Shown: positions 1 through 10,375 of the stretch, in pieces | Layout of the letters: each line of letters starts with the position of its first letter | Numbering within the stretch: position 1 is the first letter of the stretch | Source of the DNA: Staphylococcus phage SP276 | Direction: 5' to 3' (one strand) | DNA length: 40,147 nucleotides | Sequence record: NC_055023.1 | Made by a program: the position numbers and the translations under genes | Notes under the pieces: generated by a model | What the model saw: only the letters and a program-made list of their open reading frames with translations | What the model was told of the DNA's origin: nothing | Databases searched by the model: none

Positions 1-2544
1 ATGGATCGTATTGCTAAATCAATCCGAACATTTGGAACTATCGGTGCTAATATGATTCAAGGTACATTGTTGTCATCATTTAGTGCGTTAATCCCTATAA
101 TAGCTAGCTTAGTACCGGCGATTATGGCTGTAGGTAATGCGTTAGCTGTTGTCGGTGGTGGCGCGTTAGGCCTTGCGGGAGCTTTTGGTATTGCTACTGC
201 TGGCGCCGTTGGTTTTGGTGCGATGGCTATATCAGCAATCAAAATGCTTGAAGATGGTACGTTGCAAGCAAGTGCTGCAACATATGCATACAAACAAAGT
301 TTAAAAGGCGTAACAAATGAATGGCAAAAAATCATTAGTTTGAATGCCGATTCTATATTTGGCGCTTTATCATCAGCTTTGAACGGTGTACGAACCACTT
401 TAAAAAACTTAACTCCTTTCCTAAAAGGTGTATCAGAAGCAGTTAATTCTACCGCACAAAATTTTGAAAAGTGGGTATCATCTTCTAGCACAGCTAAAAA
501 AGCTTTTGAAACGATGAACACATCAGGCGTTAAAGTCTTTTCTAGCTTATTAAGTGCTGCAGGACGATTCGGTGATGGTCTTGTTAACATATTAACTCAA
601 TTTGCGCCATTATTTGAGTTTGTGGCTAATGGATTAAACAATATGGGTGCGTCCTTTCAAGAGTGGGCAAATAAAGTATCGACGCAGCAAGGTATTCAAA
701 AATTTATTGATTACGTAAAAGTGAATTTACCAATTATCGGTAAGATTTTCGGCGATACATTCTTAGGTATCTTCAATTTGTTTAAAGCTTTCGGCTCAAA
801 TTCGCAAACTATCTTTGAAGCGTTAGCACAAATGGCTAGTAAGTTCCGCGCTTGGTCAGAGCAAGTCGCTCAGTCAGATGGATTTAAAAAATTTATAGAC
901 TATGTCCAACAAAATGGCCCGACTATTATGAGTTTAATTGGTAATATCATAATGGTATTAGTCAATTTCGGTACAGCGATGGCACCTATTGCGAGCGTTG
1001 TACTGAATGTAGTCACTGCAATTACTGGTTTTGTTGCAAAGTTATTCGAGACGCATCCGATCGTTGCTCAAATTATTGGTTTGGCAATTACTTTTGGTGG
1101 TGTCTTAATGACATGGATTCCAATTATCGTTGGGATTGTTTCGTATTTAGCTCCTTTAATAGCTAGATTTGGCTTTTTAAAGACATCAATGCTATTACTG
1201 AGTAGAGTTTTCACTTTACTTAGTGGCCCAATAGGAATTGTTTCCAAACTGTTTCCTATACTTGGTGCTGCAATCGGGTTTTTAACTTCTCCAATCGGAT
1301 TAGTTATCGGCGCAATTATCGCATTAATTGCGATTTTCGTTATTTTGTGGAACAAAAACGAGGCCTTTAGAAATTTCATCATCAATTTATGGAATTCAAT
1401 TAAAGATTTCTTTATAAATCTGTGGACAACTTTAGCAACGATAGCATCTGTTTTATGGCAATTACTACTAACAACAATAGTGAAAATTATTATAAGTATA
1501 CAAATGTGGTTAACAACAACATGGCAAAATATACTAACGTTTTTATCAACTTTATGGAATACGTTAATCGTGATTGCAACAACAATTTGGAATTTGCTTG
1601 TGACTGTTATTGTAACTGTTATCACTACGATACTAACCATTCAACAAGCGGTATGGAATGCGATTTTAAGCTTTTTACAAACGATATGGAACACCGTTGT
1701 TTCGGTAGCAACAACCGTTTGGAACACATTAGTAACTGTTATCACAACTGTTTTAAATGCTATAAATTCATTTGTAACTACAATTTGGAATGCTATATAC
1801 AGTTTCTTCACTTCAATTTTAAGTAGAATCTCATCTACGGTAAGTCAAAAATTTAGTGAAGTTTATAGATGGATTTCAACAAAAATTCAACAAGCGTATA
1901 GCATTTTAAGCTCTATTTTATCGAATATGTGGTCGGTCGTTTCAAGTAAATTCAGTCAAATTGTGTCTACTGTAATTTCAAAAATGGTTGAATTTTACAA
2001 TGCCATTAAACAAAAAGTACAGGATTCGCTTAATGCGGTAGTCAATTTTGTTGGTGAATTTATGGACGCCGGCAGGAATCTCATAATGGGATTAGTTAAC
2101 GGAGTGAAAAATGCAGCAGGTGCCTTAATTGACGCGGTAACTGGCGCAGTTAGTGGTGCTATTGATAAAGCGAAATCTTTATTAGGTATCAAATCGCCTT
2201 CACGTGTCTTTAAGCAGATTGGTGTTTACACGATGCAAGGTTTAGGGATTGGTGTTGATCAAGAGGGACAAAATGCGGTTGGTAGCGTTGTAGACGTCGC
2301 TAGACAATTAACGAAAGCATTTAATCCAGTTTTAAGTTTGCCTAGCATATCTGACGCTACAAGCGGTTTGAATGGATTAGGTGGATTAAGTGCAAACCTC
2401 ACAACACAAATCCAACACACACATTCGTTTGAAACTAGCCCTAGAATGAAAACGGTAAGAATTGAAATGAGATTAGACAATGATGCGATTTACGGCATTG
2501 TTAACGATAAACAGGCAGAAAAACATTCAATCTTTGAAATGTAG
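1..2544 (+). CDS. Tail tape measure protein
   Basis: 847 aa, Gly/Ala-rich N-terminus, long alpha-helical region. Residues ~455-600 carry 11-residue repeats with periodic Trp (LWNxLxxxAxx). The gene lies just upstream of Dit/Tal and just after the chaperone pair across the window junction. Confidence 0.85.
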   Translation: MDRIAKSIRTFGTIGANMIQGTLLSSFSALIPIIASLVPAIMAVGNALAVVGGGALGLAGAFGIATAGAVGFGAMAISAIKMLEDGTLQASAATYAYKQSLKGVTNEWQKIISLNADSIFGALSSALNGVRTTLKNLTPFLKGVSEAVNSTAQNFEKWVSSSSTAKKAFETMNTSGVKVFSSLLSAAGRFGDGLVNILTQFAPLFEFVANGLNNMGASFQEWANKVSTQQGIQKFIDYVKVNLPIIGKIFGDTFLGIFNLFKAFGSNSQTIFEALAQMASKFRAWSEQVAQSDGFKKFIDYVQQNGPTIMSLIGNIIMVLVNFGTAMAPIASVVLNVVTAITGFVAKLFETHPIVAQIIGLAITFGGVLMTWIPIIVGIVSYLAPLIARFGFLKTSMLLLSRVFTLLSGPIGIVSKLFPILGAAIGFLTSPIGLVIGAIIALIAIFVILWNKNEAFRNFIINLWNSIKDFFINLWTTLATIASVLWQLLLTTIVKIIISIQMWLTTTWQNILTFLSTLWNTLIVIATTIWNLLVTVIVTVITTILTIQQAVWNAILSFLQTIWNTVVSVATTVWNTLVTVITTVLNAINSFVTTIWNAIYSFFTSILSRISSTVSQKFSEVYRWISTKIQQAYSILSSILSNMWSVVSSKFSQIVSTVISKMVEFYNAIKQKVQDSLNAVVNFVGEFMDAGRNLIMGLVNGVKNAAGALIDAVTGAVSGAIDKAKSLLGIKSPSRVFKQIGVYTMQGLGIGVDQEGQNAVGSVVDVARQLTKAFNPVLSLPSISDATSGLNGLGGLSANLTTQIQHTHSFETSPRMKTVRIEMRLDNDAIYGIVNDKQAEKHSIFEM
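1380..1800 (+). repeat. ~33-bp (11-codon) tandem repeats inside the tape measure gene
   Basis: Protein shows W at intervals of 11 (or 22) residues over ~140 aa (…LWNSIKDFFINLWTTLATIASVLW…TIWNLLVTV…AVWNAILSFLQTIWNTVVSVATTVWNTLVTV…). The corresponding DNA is periodic. Confidence 0.7.
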
Positions 2545-2556
2545 GAGGTATCATAC

Positions 2557-3489
2557 ATGGACATTAAAATCACGAAACTAGATGGTACTTCCTACCATTT
2601 AGAAGATTATAAAATGATTGTTAAAGACGTAATTGTAGAAAGTATAGAAATGAAAGATGATTATCAAGATTATGAAGGCATGCACGGCAGGCATCTTGTA
2701 AGTAGTTTGTATCATTCACGTAAAATACATGTACCCGTGTTCTTTGTGGCTGATGACAATCTAGATTATGCAATACAACGTAATTTGCTGTATGAGCTAG
2801 TACAAGATGAAAAGCCGTTTTATATTCAAGAATTGCGTAGACACGACAAAGTAAACTATAAATTTAAAAACACTTTGGCAACTGATTATCAACAAGTAGA
2901 TGATCATGGTATACCTATTTTTGACGATGATAATCTTCAAGTGAACGCTAAAAGGTATCTCGTTAAACTGTCTAATGTGTTGACACCAGAACAAAAAAAC
3001 AACATCGGTAATGTATCACTAGAATTTGTTACGACACATTTGCCGTTTGCTGAATCAGTTGAAACAAGTTTAGATTTGCACAAGCAACTAATCAATGGCT
3101 TTTGGGCGTCTGATGATGACATCGATTTTGATGACACTGCAAAACAAACGTATATTTTTAATAATGTTAAATCGGGTCAAGTTTACTATCACGGTACAGT
3201 CCCTAACAAGCAATTTAACATGTACAAAAAGGTCAGAATAACAATAGGTAAAGCGACAAACGATTTTCAGTGGTCTCTTTCAGGAAGTGATTTAATGCGT
3301 GTGAGTGGCGTTGAGTTTAAGTCTGGTGATGTTTTAGAATATGACGGTTTAAGAATCACTAAAAACGGTCGCTCGGTTGTTAATGAATCTAATATTGCGT
3401 TACCGGTCTTCTTGCCTGGCTTTAACGAATTTAGATTTAACCAAAATGTAAAAAAAGCCGAATTTGATATGCGATTTTATAGTAAGTAG
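2557..3489 (+). CDS. Distal tail protein (Dit-like siphovirus tail component)
   Basis: 310 aa, directly after TMP, good RBS (ggaggtatcatac-ATG). Position and size are typical of Dit. Confidence 0.65.
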   Translation: MDIKITKLDGTSYHLEDYKMIVKDVIVESIEMKDDYQDYEGMHGRHLVSSLYHSRKIHVPVFFVADDNLDYAIQRNLLYELVQDEKPFYIQELRRHDKVNYKFKNTLATDYQQVDDHGIPIFDDDNLQVNAKRYLVKLSNVLTPEQKNNIGNVSLEFVTTHLPFAESVETSLDLHKQLINGFWASDDDIDFDDTAKQTYIFNNVKSGQVYYHGTVPNKQFNMYKKVRITIGKATNDFQWSLSGSDLMRVSGVEFKSGDVLEYDGLRITKNGRSVVNESNIALPVFLPGFNEFRFNQNVKKAEFDMRFYSK

Positions 3490-3501
3490 GTAGATAAAGA
3501 A

Positions 3502-4899
3502 ATGATTAAATTACGTAATATATTAGGCGAAGCATATTTTCTGCAAGTACCAACAGAACTCACAGAGCGTATAAGTGGTGAAAGCCAGTTGACATTTAGC
3601 TTTTCAGAAAACGAAAGTAACAGAGAAATTGTAAATACGATTTCTAAAAAATGGCAAGTCACTAATGTTGGTGGTCAAAATGATGACAAAATCTATACGG
3701 TTGCTTTAGTTTCTAAAGAATCAAACTCATTAACAACAAGGGTAACTGTGCATTGCAAAGAAAAACAAATTGACGATTTAAAAGCAAAACGCATATACGA
3801 CAATTTGACTGGTAGCTTTACCGCTGAACGTTTCTTTTCAACTGTTTTTAAAGGGACGGGATATAAATACAAATTAGATGCTAAAGTTAAAGCATTAAAA
3901 TTTGAAAATGCGGGCGATGGTGACACTGTACTTGAGACCTTTCAAAAAGGTCTAGAACGCTATAATCTTGAATTTAAATATGTTCCAAAGACAAAAACAT
4001 TTATCTTAACTAAAAAGGTCTTTCAAAAAGCGGACTATTTTATCGAAAACGGTACTAACGCTTTGAATTTTAAGTTAGAAGAAGATTCTTCTGAGTTTTA
4101 TACTTACATTCGTGGTTACGGCAACTTTGATGATAATGTGAAATTTCAAGAAGCATCAATGCAACTTATCTACCAACATCCATTAGCCGATGATATAGGT
4201 ATTTATGAAGCGCCCGCAATTATTGACGGCAGAATTAAAGATGAAGAGTTTTTACGTAACAAGATGATTAATACTGTTGATAACTCATTAAAAACATCTT
4301 TGACATTAGACTTTATCACATTACAAGAAGAATATGCTGAAGCGGTTCCTGTCGTGGGTGACCTCGTACCTGTTAAAGATGATATTATTGATGTTTTTGA
4401 CTTTGTTAGAATCGTAGAGGTACAAACTAAACGAGACATCAACAATAAGATTTTTGAACAAAACGCCACGCTTGGAGACTATAAAAAGCGTGATAGATAT
4501 AATTCAAAAGTTAGCAATAGCGTCAGTCTTGCGAACAGCATCGGTGGAAGTTCTACAGACATTAGAGAAGCTAAAGACAAGATAAAAGGGTTTGTGTCAT
4601 CAGCTAACAATGTGCTTGATATGGGTAACGCGTTAAGAGCTGATTCGAAAGGTATAAAGTCGGTAAATAAGTTGTTGAATACTGTTTTTACACCTGACAA
4701 AGGCATAGCAATTAGTAATGATGGTGGAAAGACGTTTGTCACTGCATTGGATGGCGATGGTGTAAATGTTGATGTTATACCGGTTGCGACGACAACAAAA
4801 AAAGGTTTAATGTCGAAAGATGACAAAATAAAATTAGATAATTTGAATGGTGTAGGCTCAAGTCGACTTGGGTCTATTTTTTATAAGGAAGTGAAGTAA
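3502..4899 (+). CDS. Tail-associated tip protein (Tal-like, baseplate hub)
   Basis: 465 aa, immediately follows Dit. C-terminus carries a KKGLMSKDDKIKLDNL repeat shared with the next gene. Confidence 0.55.
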   Translation: MIKLRNILGEAYFLQVPTELTERISGESQLTFSFSENESNREIVNTISKKWQVTNVGGQNDDKIYTVALVSKESNSLTTRVTVHCKEKQIDDLKAKRIYDNLTGSFTAERFFSTVFKGTGYKYKLDAKVKALKFENAGDGDTVLETFQKGLERYNLEFKYVPKTKTFILTKKVFQKADYFIENGTNALNFKLEEDSSEFYTYIRGYGNFDDNVKFQEASMQLIYQHPLADDIGIYEAPAIIDGRIKDEEFLRNKMINTVDNSLKTSLTLDFITLQEEYAEAVPVVGDLVPVKDDIIDVFDFVRIVEVQTKRDINNKIFEQNATLGDYKKRDRYNSKVSNSVSLANSIGGSSTDIREAKDKIKGFVSSANNVLDMGNALRADSKGIKSVNKLLNTVFTPDKGIAISNDGGKTFVTALDGDGVNVDVIPVATTTKKGLMSKDDKIKLDNLNGVGSSRLGSIFYKEVK

Positions 4900-4902
4900 T
4901 AA

Positions 4903-5595
4903 ATGGCTGAAATTACTAAGGCAAGGACGTTAACATACGATGGCGAAGAGGTTTATGCTAGATCGCACATTGATGTTGTTGACGGTTTAGATAAATCAAA
5001 GTTATTAACTGACGAGCAAAAACAAAAACTAGAAAACTTTAATGCGGATGCAATTGATGTTGCAACGCCATCGAAAAATGGTTTGATGTCCGCGCAAGAC
5101 AAAACTAAACTGGACAGCTTAAAACAGTTCAACCCTGATACACTCACAAATGCGACTACTCAAAAAGCGGGCTTAATGTCGGCAGAAGATAAACAAAAGC
5201 TTGATGAACTGAAAACGAATTCAAACGAGTATGACAAAGGGATAAGTGGCGGTAGCGCTTCAAATATTATTATAGAAAGCAATGTGAATCGATGGCCGAA
5301 TAACACTCAAGTGGTTAATTTAAGTAAAAAAGTAAGTGAGTGCAAAAATGGTGTTATTTTAGTGTGGCGTTCTGATACAGAAGATGATTACTATCATTAT
5401 CAGTATGTTCCGAAATACCACGTTTCAGCACATAGCACAACAAAAATTGTGCATTTAATCCCTACAAACTCAGCAAATGAGTTTTGTACAAAAACGGTTA
5501 TTGTAAAAGATAGCTCGATAACAGGTACAGCTGACAATCATAACAGAGCAACAAACGCTAATAAAGTACGATTGCATGAAATTTTAGAATTTTAG
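4903..5595 (+). CDS. Tail fibre-like protein with GLMSxxDKxKLDxL repeats
   Basis: 230 aa. Two copies of the motif (KNGLMSAQDKTKLDSL, KAGLMSAEDKQKLDEL), plus one copy at the C-terminus of the upstream gene. Confidence 0.55.
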   Translation: MAEITKARTLTYDGEEVYARSHIDVVDGLDKSKLLTDEQKQKLENFNADAIDVATPSKNGLMSAQDKTKLDSLKQFNPDTLTNATTQKAGLMSAEDKQKLDELKTNSNEYDKGISGGSASNIIIESNVNRWPNNTQVVNLSKKVSECKNGVILVWRSDTEDDYYHYQYVPKYHVSAHSTTKIVHLIPTNSANEFCTKTVIVKDSSITGTADNHNRATNANKVRLHEILEF

Positions 5596-5606
5596 GAGGT
5601 TTGGAA

Positions 5607-6650
5607 ATGAAGTTAAAGTTATCTAATGTGTTTCGTGATTTTAAAAAAGATGTTGAAAGTAATTTTAAAGAAATTGATAAGTTACTAACTGAGTTACTCG
5701 ACATTAAAAGCAAAACGAGTAATAAATATTTGGACAGTTTGATTGATACACTTTTTACTAAACGATATGATCAACTGCAAAAAGAAATCAGAGCAATTGT
5801 GTTGCCTGAAATGTCCCCTCTTGCAATTACAGAGGATTATGAAAAGAGTTTAAGTGATTTAAAAGGGGAGCGACATACATCACTCAAATCACGATTAGAT
5901 GCAGATTTAAATCAAATTAAAAGTCAATCTCAAAAGACTGCTAATGATGATAGATTTATCGTGACTGAAAACGGTACAATCTTTGCTGATTTTGTTAAAA
6001 AGTCAAAGACAATCAAAAGTGTTAAAAAAATTGGGATTATTGGTGATTCTGTCGCAAAAGGTAGTAAATCAAATAAAAACTTTGGTAAATACCTGTCTGA
6101 AAAGTTAGGTGCTACTGTACAGAATGAAGCGGTAAGCGGTGCGACTATGTCAACAGTCAAGGCTAATTCCATTTATGAACAAGCTTCAAAAATCAGAAAT
6201 AAGGATTTAGTTATCATTCAAGGGACTGATGACGATTGGTTATACAACGGCTCGTCAGGTGTTCAAATTGGAACAAGTAAAACAAATGAAAAAACGTTTT
6301 ACGGTGCGTTTTGTAAAACAGTTGAATTGATTAAATCTAACAATCCTAAAGCTAAGATTCTTGTGATGACTGCAACGCGTCAGCTACCTGTAAACGGCAC
6401 AACAATCAGACGGAAAGACACCGATAAGAATAGTCTAGGGCTTGATTTAGAAGCGTATGTAAATGCGCAAGTGCTTGCGTGTTCAGAACTTAATGTACCG
6501 GTTTTTGATGCATACCACACAGACTTATTAGATCCATATAATCCTGCTTTCAGAGTTAAAAACATGGTTGATGGATTGCATCCGAACGAGCTCGGACACG
6601 AAGTAATTACACATGAACTGTTAAAAAATTACTACTATTTTTACGGATAA
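5607..6650 (+). CDS. Tail-associated SGNH/GDSL family hydrolase (esterase)
   Basis: GIIGDSVAKGS block (GDS with Ser nucleophile) and C-terminal DGLHPNELGH (DxxH catalytic dyad). RBS taggaggt 7 nt before ATG at 5607. The ORF-track start at 5601 is a TTG. Confidence 0.8.
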   Translation: MKLKLSNVFRDFKKDVESNFKEIDKLLTELLDIKSKTSNKYLDSLIDTLFTKRYDQLQKEIRAIVLPEMSPLAITEDYEKSLSDLKGERHTSLKSRLDADLNQIKSQSQKTANDDRFIVTENGTIFADFVKKSKTIKSVKKIGIIGDSVAKGSKSNKNFGKYLSEKLGATVQNEAVSGATMSTVKANSIYEQASKIRNKDLVIIQGTDDDWLYNGSSGVQIGTSKTNEKTFYGAFCKTVELIKSNNPKAKILVMTATRQLPVNGTTIRRKDTDKNSLGLDLEAYVNAQVLACSELNVPVFDAYHTDLLDPYNPAFRVKNMVDGLHPNELGHEVITHELLKNYYYFYG

Positions 6651-6666
6651 GAAAGAAGGTTAAATA

Positions 6667-7938
6667 ATGGCAAATCAAGACTTATTTTACGATATTACTA
6701 AGCAAGGTACCTCACAAGAAAAGCAACAATACTTAGTCACGCGTGTTGGTGACGGCGGACTTAAAACTGTAACAATCACAGTGTGGTCGAATGGTACACC
6801 TTACAATCTTCATGGTCTTACACCTGTTTTCGAAGGCGTTAAACCAGATGGCGAAAAAATTATCGACACACGCGGTGCCATTGTATTAGATCCTGTCAAT
6901 GGTGTATTTCGATACACATTCCCACATCAAGCAAGCACAGCGGAAGGCGAATACAGACAAGCCTTTTTCAAATTAAAGCGTGGCGAGCAAACAGATTCGA
7001 CACTTGAAGTCAAAATTACTGTACTTAAAAATATGGTTGAATTTGGGATTAATTCAGAATCATACTTTACCGAATACCAACAAAAAATAGCTGAATTAGA
7101 AGAAAAAATCAATACGTATTTAGAAGAATTGAAAACGAAGGCTGCAGGTACAGAAGCGCAAGTCGAAGCAAATGCCACTTTAGCAAAAGCGTTAAAACAG
7201 CAACTAGATTTGATTCAATCCATCGCGAATGAGCGTGAATTACTGACAAAAGGTGAATTTAACGAGGCGCTCAATACTGTTAATAATAATGTTGATGCAA
7301 TTAGTTCAAAAATCGATACTTTAAAACGAGAAACTACTGAAGAATTAGAGCGTATTAAAGATGAAGTGACTGGAGTTAAAACGGGTGTGCTTGATGATGT
7401 TGCTAATATTACAAAATCGGGTGTGTACTACTTTAATAGTACAACTCAAAACATACCGACACGTAATTCTAACAATGCGAACGGGTACATTGAAGCGGTT
7501 ATGAAAGACGCGGATAACGGTATGATGACTATGCTCGGTGCAGGCTATTCTATCGAAAAATATAAAGGCAAATTGCATGGGCGTTGGGTATCGTCTGTAC
7601 CGGTTAAGTTGTGGTCAGGTAAGCTGACTAAAGGACAAACCGCAACATTGAACGGTAATTGTCATGATTTTGGAAAACTAATCATTGAAGTAGGCTACAC
7701 AACTAATAGACATGCAGTTGAATGGGTTAACATTCCAAATAACGGCAGCACTATTTATATGAATCATATCGGTATGCAAAGTTCCGGCGACGGTTATAAA
7801 AACGGCCACCTTGATGAAGTTGTCATTCAAATCAAAGACGATACACATATCGTTTTACAAAAGACTTTAAAAGCAACGGGTGATGCTCAAGCGGTCGATT
7901 CAGACGCATATATTTCCGCTATCTACGGCATTTATTAA
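6667..7938 (+). CDS. Baseplate upper protein or receptor-binding protein (BppU-N-like N-terminus, coiled-coil stalk, C-terminal head)
   Basis: 423 aa. N-terminal ~120 aa resembles the BppU_N domain of TP901-1 and staphylococcal phi11-type RBPs. Central heptad-rich segment. Position before the lysis genes. Confidence 0.6.
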   Translation: MANQDLFYDITKQGTSQEKQQYLVTRVGDGGLKTVTITVWSNGTPYNLHGLTPVFEGVKPDGEKIIDTRGAIVLDPVNGVFRYTFPHQASTAEGEYRQAFFKLKRGEQTDSTLEVKITVLKNMVEFGINSESYFTEYQQKIAELEEKINTYLEELKTKAAGTEAQVEANATLAKALKQQLDLIQSIANERELLTKGEFNEALNTVNNNVDAISSKIDTLKRETTEELERIKDEVTGVKTGVLDDVANITKSGVYYFNSTTQNIPTRNSNNANGYIEAVMKDADNGMMTMLGAGYSIEKYKGKLHGRWVSSVPVKLWSGKLTKGQTATLNGNCHDFGKLIIEVGYTTNRHAVEWVNIPNNGSTIYMNHIGMQSSGDGYKNGHLDEVVIQIKDDTHIVLQKTLKATGDAQAVDSDAYISAIYGIY

Positions 7939-7970
7939 GATTGCTCGAAATCTATTAAGGCGGTGTTTGT

Positions 7971-8345
7971 ATGGATGAGATAAAGAAAATTAAACAAGAA
8001 ATTGCTGATTTAACTGAACGTGTTGATAGTATAGAGCAGACAGCAAACGAAGCGGCCTCACATGTTGTTAGTCTGCGAAAGGAATACAGGAATGGTCATC
8101 AAGAATTACAAGAATCACACAAGGAACTCAAAGACAAACAAGAAAAAGTTGTTAATGAAAACTTTGAACAAACTAAAATTTTGAATCGTATTGAAGAGCG
8201 CTATCAAATGCAAGTCGAAGTTGCCCAAAACAACGAGGGTAAGACGCTAGCTTTGAATAAGTGGCTCGTTGGTGCTATTTGGGCGTTGGTAACAATCGTT
8301 ATGATTGTTGTTATTACAGCGTCTATCAATGCGTTAATTCCTTAA
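7971..8345 (+). CDS. XhlA-like membrane protein (coiled coil plus C-terminal TM helix)
   Basis: 124 aa. Coiled-coil N-terminus, hydrophobic C-terminus LVGAIWALVTIVMIVVITASI. RBS aaggcggtg. Confidence 0.55.
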   Translation: MDEIKKIKQEIADLTERVDSIEQTANEAASHVVSLRKEYRNGHQELQESHKELKDKQEKVVNENFEQTKILNRIEERYQMQVEVAQNNEGKTLALNKWLVGAIWALVTIVMIVVITASINALIP

Positions 8346-8468
8346 GGAGGTGTTTATATGAGTTGGGCTAATTGGCTAGCATGTTACTTATATGGACGCA
8401 AATGTAAATAATTTTTGTGAGTCGGCACTTTACGTGTCGACTTATTTTTTCGAAAGTGAAGTGATGTC

Positions 8469-10358
8469 ATGGCACTGCCTAAAACGGGTAAACCAACGGC
8501 AAAACAGGTGGTTGACTGGGCAATCAATTTAATCGGCAGTGGTGTAGATGTAGATGGTTATTATGGTCGTCAGTGTTGGGATTTACCAAATTACATTTTT
8601 AATAGGTATTGGGGTTTTAAGACACCAGGCAACGCAAGAGATATGGCATGGTATCGCTATCCTGCAGGGTTCAAGATATATAAAAACACTACTAACTTTG
8701 TCCCTAAGCCGGGCGATATGGCAATTTGGACAGGTGGTAACTACAACTGGAACACATGGGGTCACACGGGTATTGTTGTCGGCCCATCAACCAAAGACTA
8801 TTTTTATAGTGTAGATCAGAACTGGAATAACGCTAACTCATACGTCGGTAGTCCTGCAGCAAAGATAAAGCATAGTTATTTTGGTGTAACTCATTTTGTT
8901 AGACCTGCATACAAATCGGAACCTAAGCTTACACCTATACCACCAGAAAATAAGCCTATACCGAAAGACCCTGAGCCGACAAAGAAACCCGAATCAAACA
9001 AACCAATATATAAAGTAGTGACAAAAATCTTGTTTACTACTGCGCGTATAGAGCTAGTAAAAGCAAATCGCTTTGTACACTACATCACCAAATCAGATAA
9101 CCACAATAATAAACCTAATAAAATTGTTATCAAAAACGCAAACACAGCATTGTCTACAAATGACATTTACAAGTATCGAGAAGATTTAAACGAAGATGAA
9201 ATTCCTCACTTTTTCGTCGATAGATTAAATGTGTGGGCGTGTAGACCTATTGAGGAAAGCGTACAAGGTTATAACAATGCAATAGTTTTATCCATTACAG
9301 AAGCGAGAACTGCAGTGAGTGATAATTTTAAGATGAACGAAATCGAATGCTTATCGTTAGCTAAGCTATTATTAGAGGCTAACGGTAAAAAGATGAACAC
9401 AAGCTCTATTGTTATCGATAAAAGCTCTTGGAGAACGTTCAAATTGCACACTGGTAAAGATTCTTTGAAGTCTAGTAGTTTTACTTCTAAAGACTATCAA
9501 AAGGCCGTCAACGAGCTAATTAAGCTATTTAACGACAAAGATAAGTTATTGAACAATAAACCAAAAGACGTCGTAGAAAAAATAAGAATTAGAACAGTTG
9601 TTAAAGAAAATACAAAATTTGTGCCTAGTGAGTTAAAACCTAGCAATAACATTAAGGACAAGCAAGACAGTAAAATTGATAGAATCATTAGCAATTACAG
9701 CTTAAAACAAGCTTTAGATATTCAATTTAGTCTTAATCCGAAGCCCCAAACTTCAAATGGTGTAACTTGGTATACAGCTAGTTTAAATCAAACTAGGGCA
9801 GCGATGGACACTAACAAAATCTTTAACAACAACGTACAAGTTTATCAGTTTTTGAAGCTGAATCAATATCAAGGAATTTCAGTTGATAAGTTAAACAAGT
9901 TGCTTGTAGGTAAAGGGACTTTACAGAATCAAGGTCAAGCGTTTGCTGATGGTTGTAAAAAGTACGGCGTTAATGAAATCTATCTGATTGCACACGCATT
10001 CTTAGAAAGTGCTAATGGTACATCATTCTTTGCGAGTGGTAGAACCGGTGTATATAACTATTTCGGCATAGGTGCTTTTGACAACAATGCAAATAACGCA
10101 ATGGAATTCGCACGCAGTCATGGATGGACATCACCTGTTAAAGCGATTATTGGTGGTGCCGAATTTGTTGGAAAAGGATATTTCGATGTAGGTCAAAATA
10201 CTTTGTATCGTATGCGTTGGAATCCGAAGAAACCAGGTACACATCAATATGCGACTGATATTAGTTGGGCGAAAGTTCAAGCAAAAATGATTAGTGCAAT
10301 GTATAAAGAAATAGGATTAAAAGGCGAATATTTTATATATGATCAATACAAAAAATAA
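8469..10358 (+). CDS. Tail-associated peptidoglycan hydrolase: N-terminal CHAP domain plus C-terminal N-acetylglucosaminidase
   Basis: CHAP signature (YYGRQCWDL … GHTGIV). Pro-rich linker. C-terminal LIAHAFLESANGTS, FGIGAFD and YATD blocks typical of the mannosyl-glycoprotein endo-beta-N-acetylglucosaminidase domain. Confidence 0.85.
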   Translation: MALPKTGKPTAKQVVDWAINLIGSGVDVDGYYGRQCWDLPNYIFNRYWGFKTPGNARDMAWYRYPAGFKIYKNTTNFVPKPGDMAIWTGGNYNWNTWGHTGIVVGPSTKDYFYSVDQNWNNANSYVGSPAAKIKHSYFGVTHFVRPAYKSEPKLTPIPPENKPIPKDPEPTKKPESNKPIYKVVTKILFTTARIELVKANRFVHYITKSDNHNNKPNKIVIKNANTALSTNDIYKYREDLNEDEIPHFFVDRLNVWACRPIEESVQGYNNAIVLSITEARTAVSDNFKMNEIECLSLAKLLLEANGKKMNTSSIVIDKSSWRTFKLHTGKDSLKSSSFTSKDYQKAVNELIKLFNDKDKLLNNKPKDVVEKIRIRTVVKENTKFVPSELKPSNNIKDKQDSKIDRIISNYSLKQALDIQFSLNPKPQTSNGVTWYTASLNQTRAAMDTNKIFNNNVQVYQFLKLNQYQGISVDKLNKLLVGKGTLQNQGQAFADGCKKYGVNEIYLIAHAFLESANGTSFFASGRTGVYNYFGIGAFDNNANNAMEFARSHGWTSPVKAIIGGAEFVGKGYFDVGQNTLYRMRWNPKKPGTHQYATDISWAKVQAKMISAMYKEIGLKGEYFIYDQYKK

Positions 10359-10375
10359 TTTACGGAGGTATTCAA

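Noticed and set aside
1380-1800. Periodic repeats that could be mistaken for a CRISPR-like array
   Set aside because: The period is 33 bp with no spacer/repeat alternation. It lies entirely inside an ORF and encodes 11-residue Trp repeats of the tape measure.
57-1826. Minus- and plus-strand ORFs nested inside the tape measure gene (57-590 -, 1068-1640 -, 1422-1826 +)
   Set aside because: They are alternative-frame readings of Gly/Ala-rich and 33-bp repeat DNA. They have no RBS and implausible composition (for example the Cys/Asn/Tyr-rich 1422-1826 ORF).
5601-5606. TTG start for the SGNH hydrolase as drawn in the ORF track
   Set aside because: The ATG at 5607 sits 7 nt after the consensus taggaggt. 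TTG at 5601 would place the start inside the RBS.
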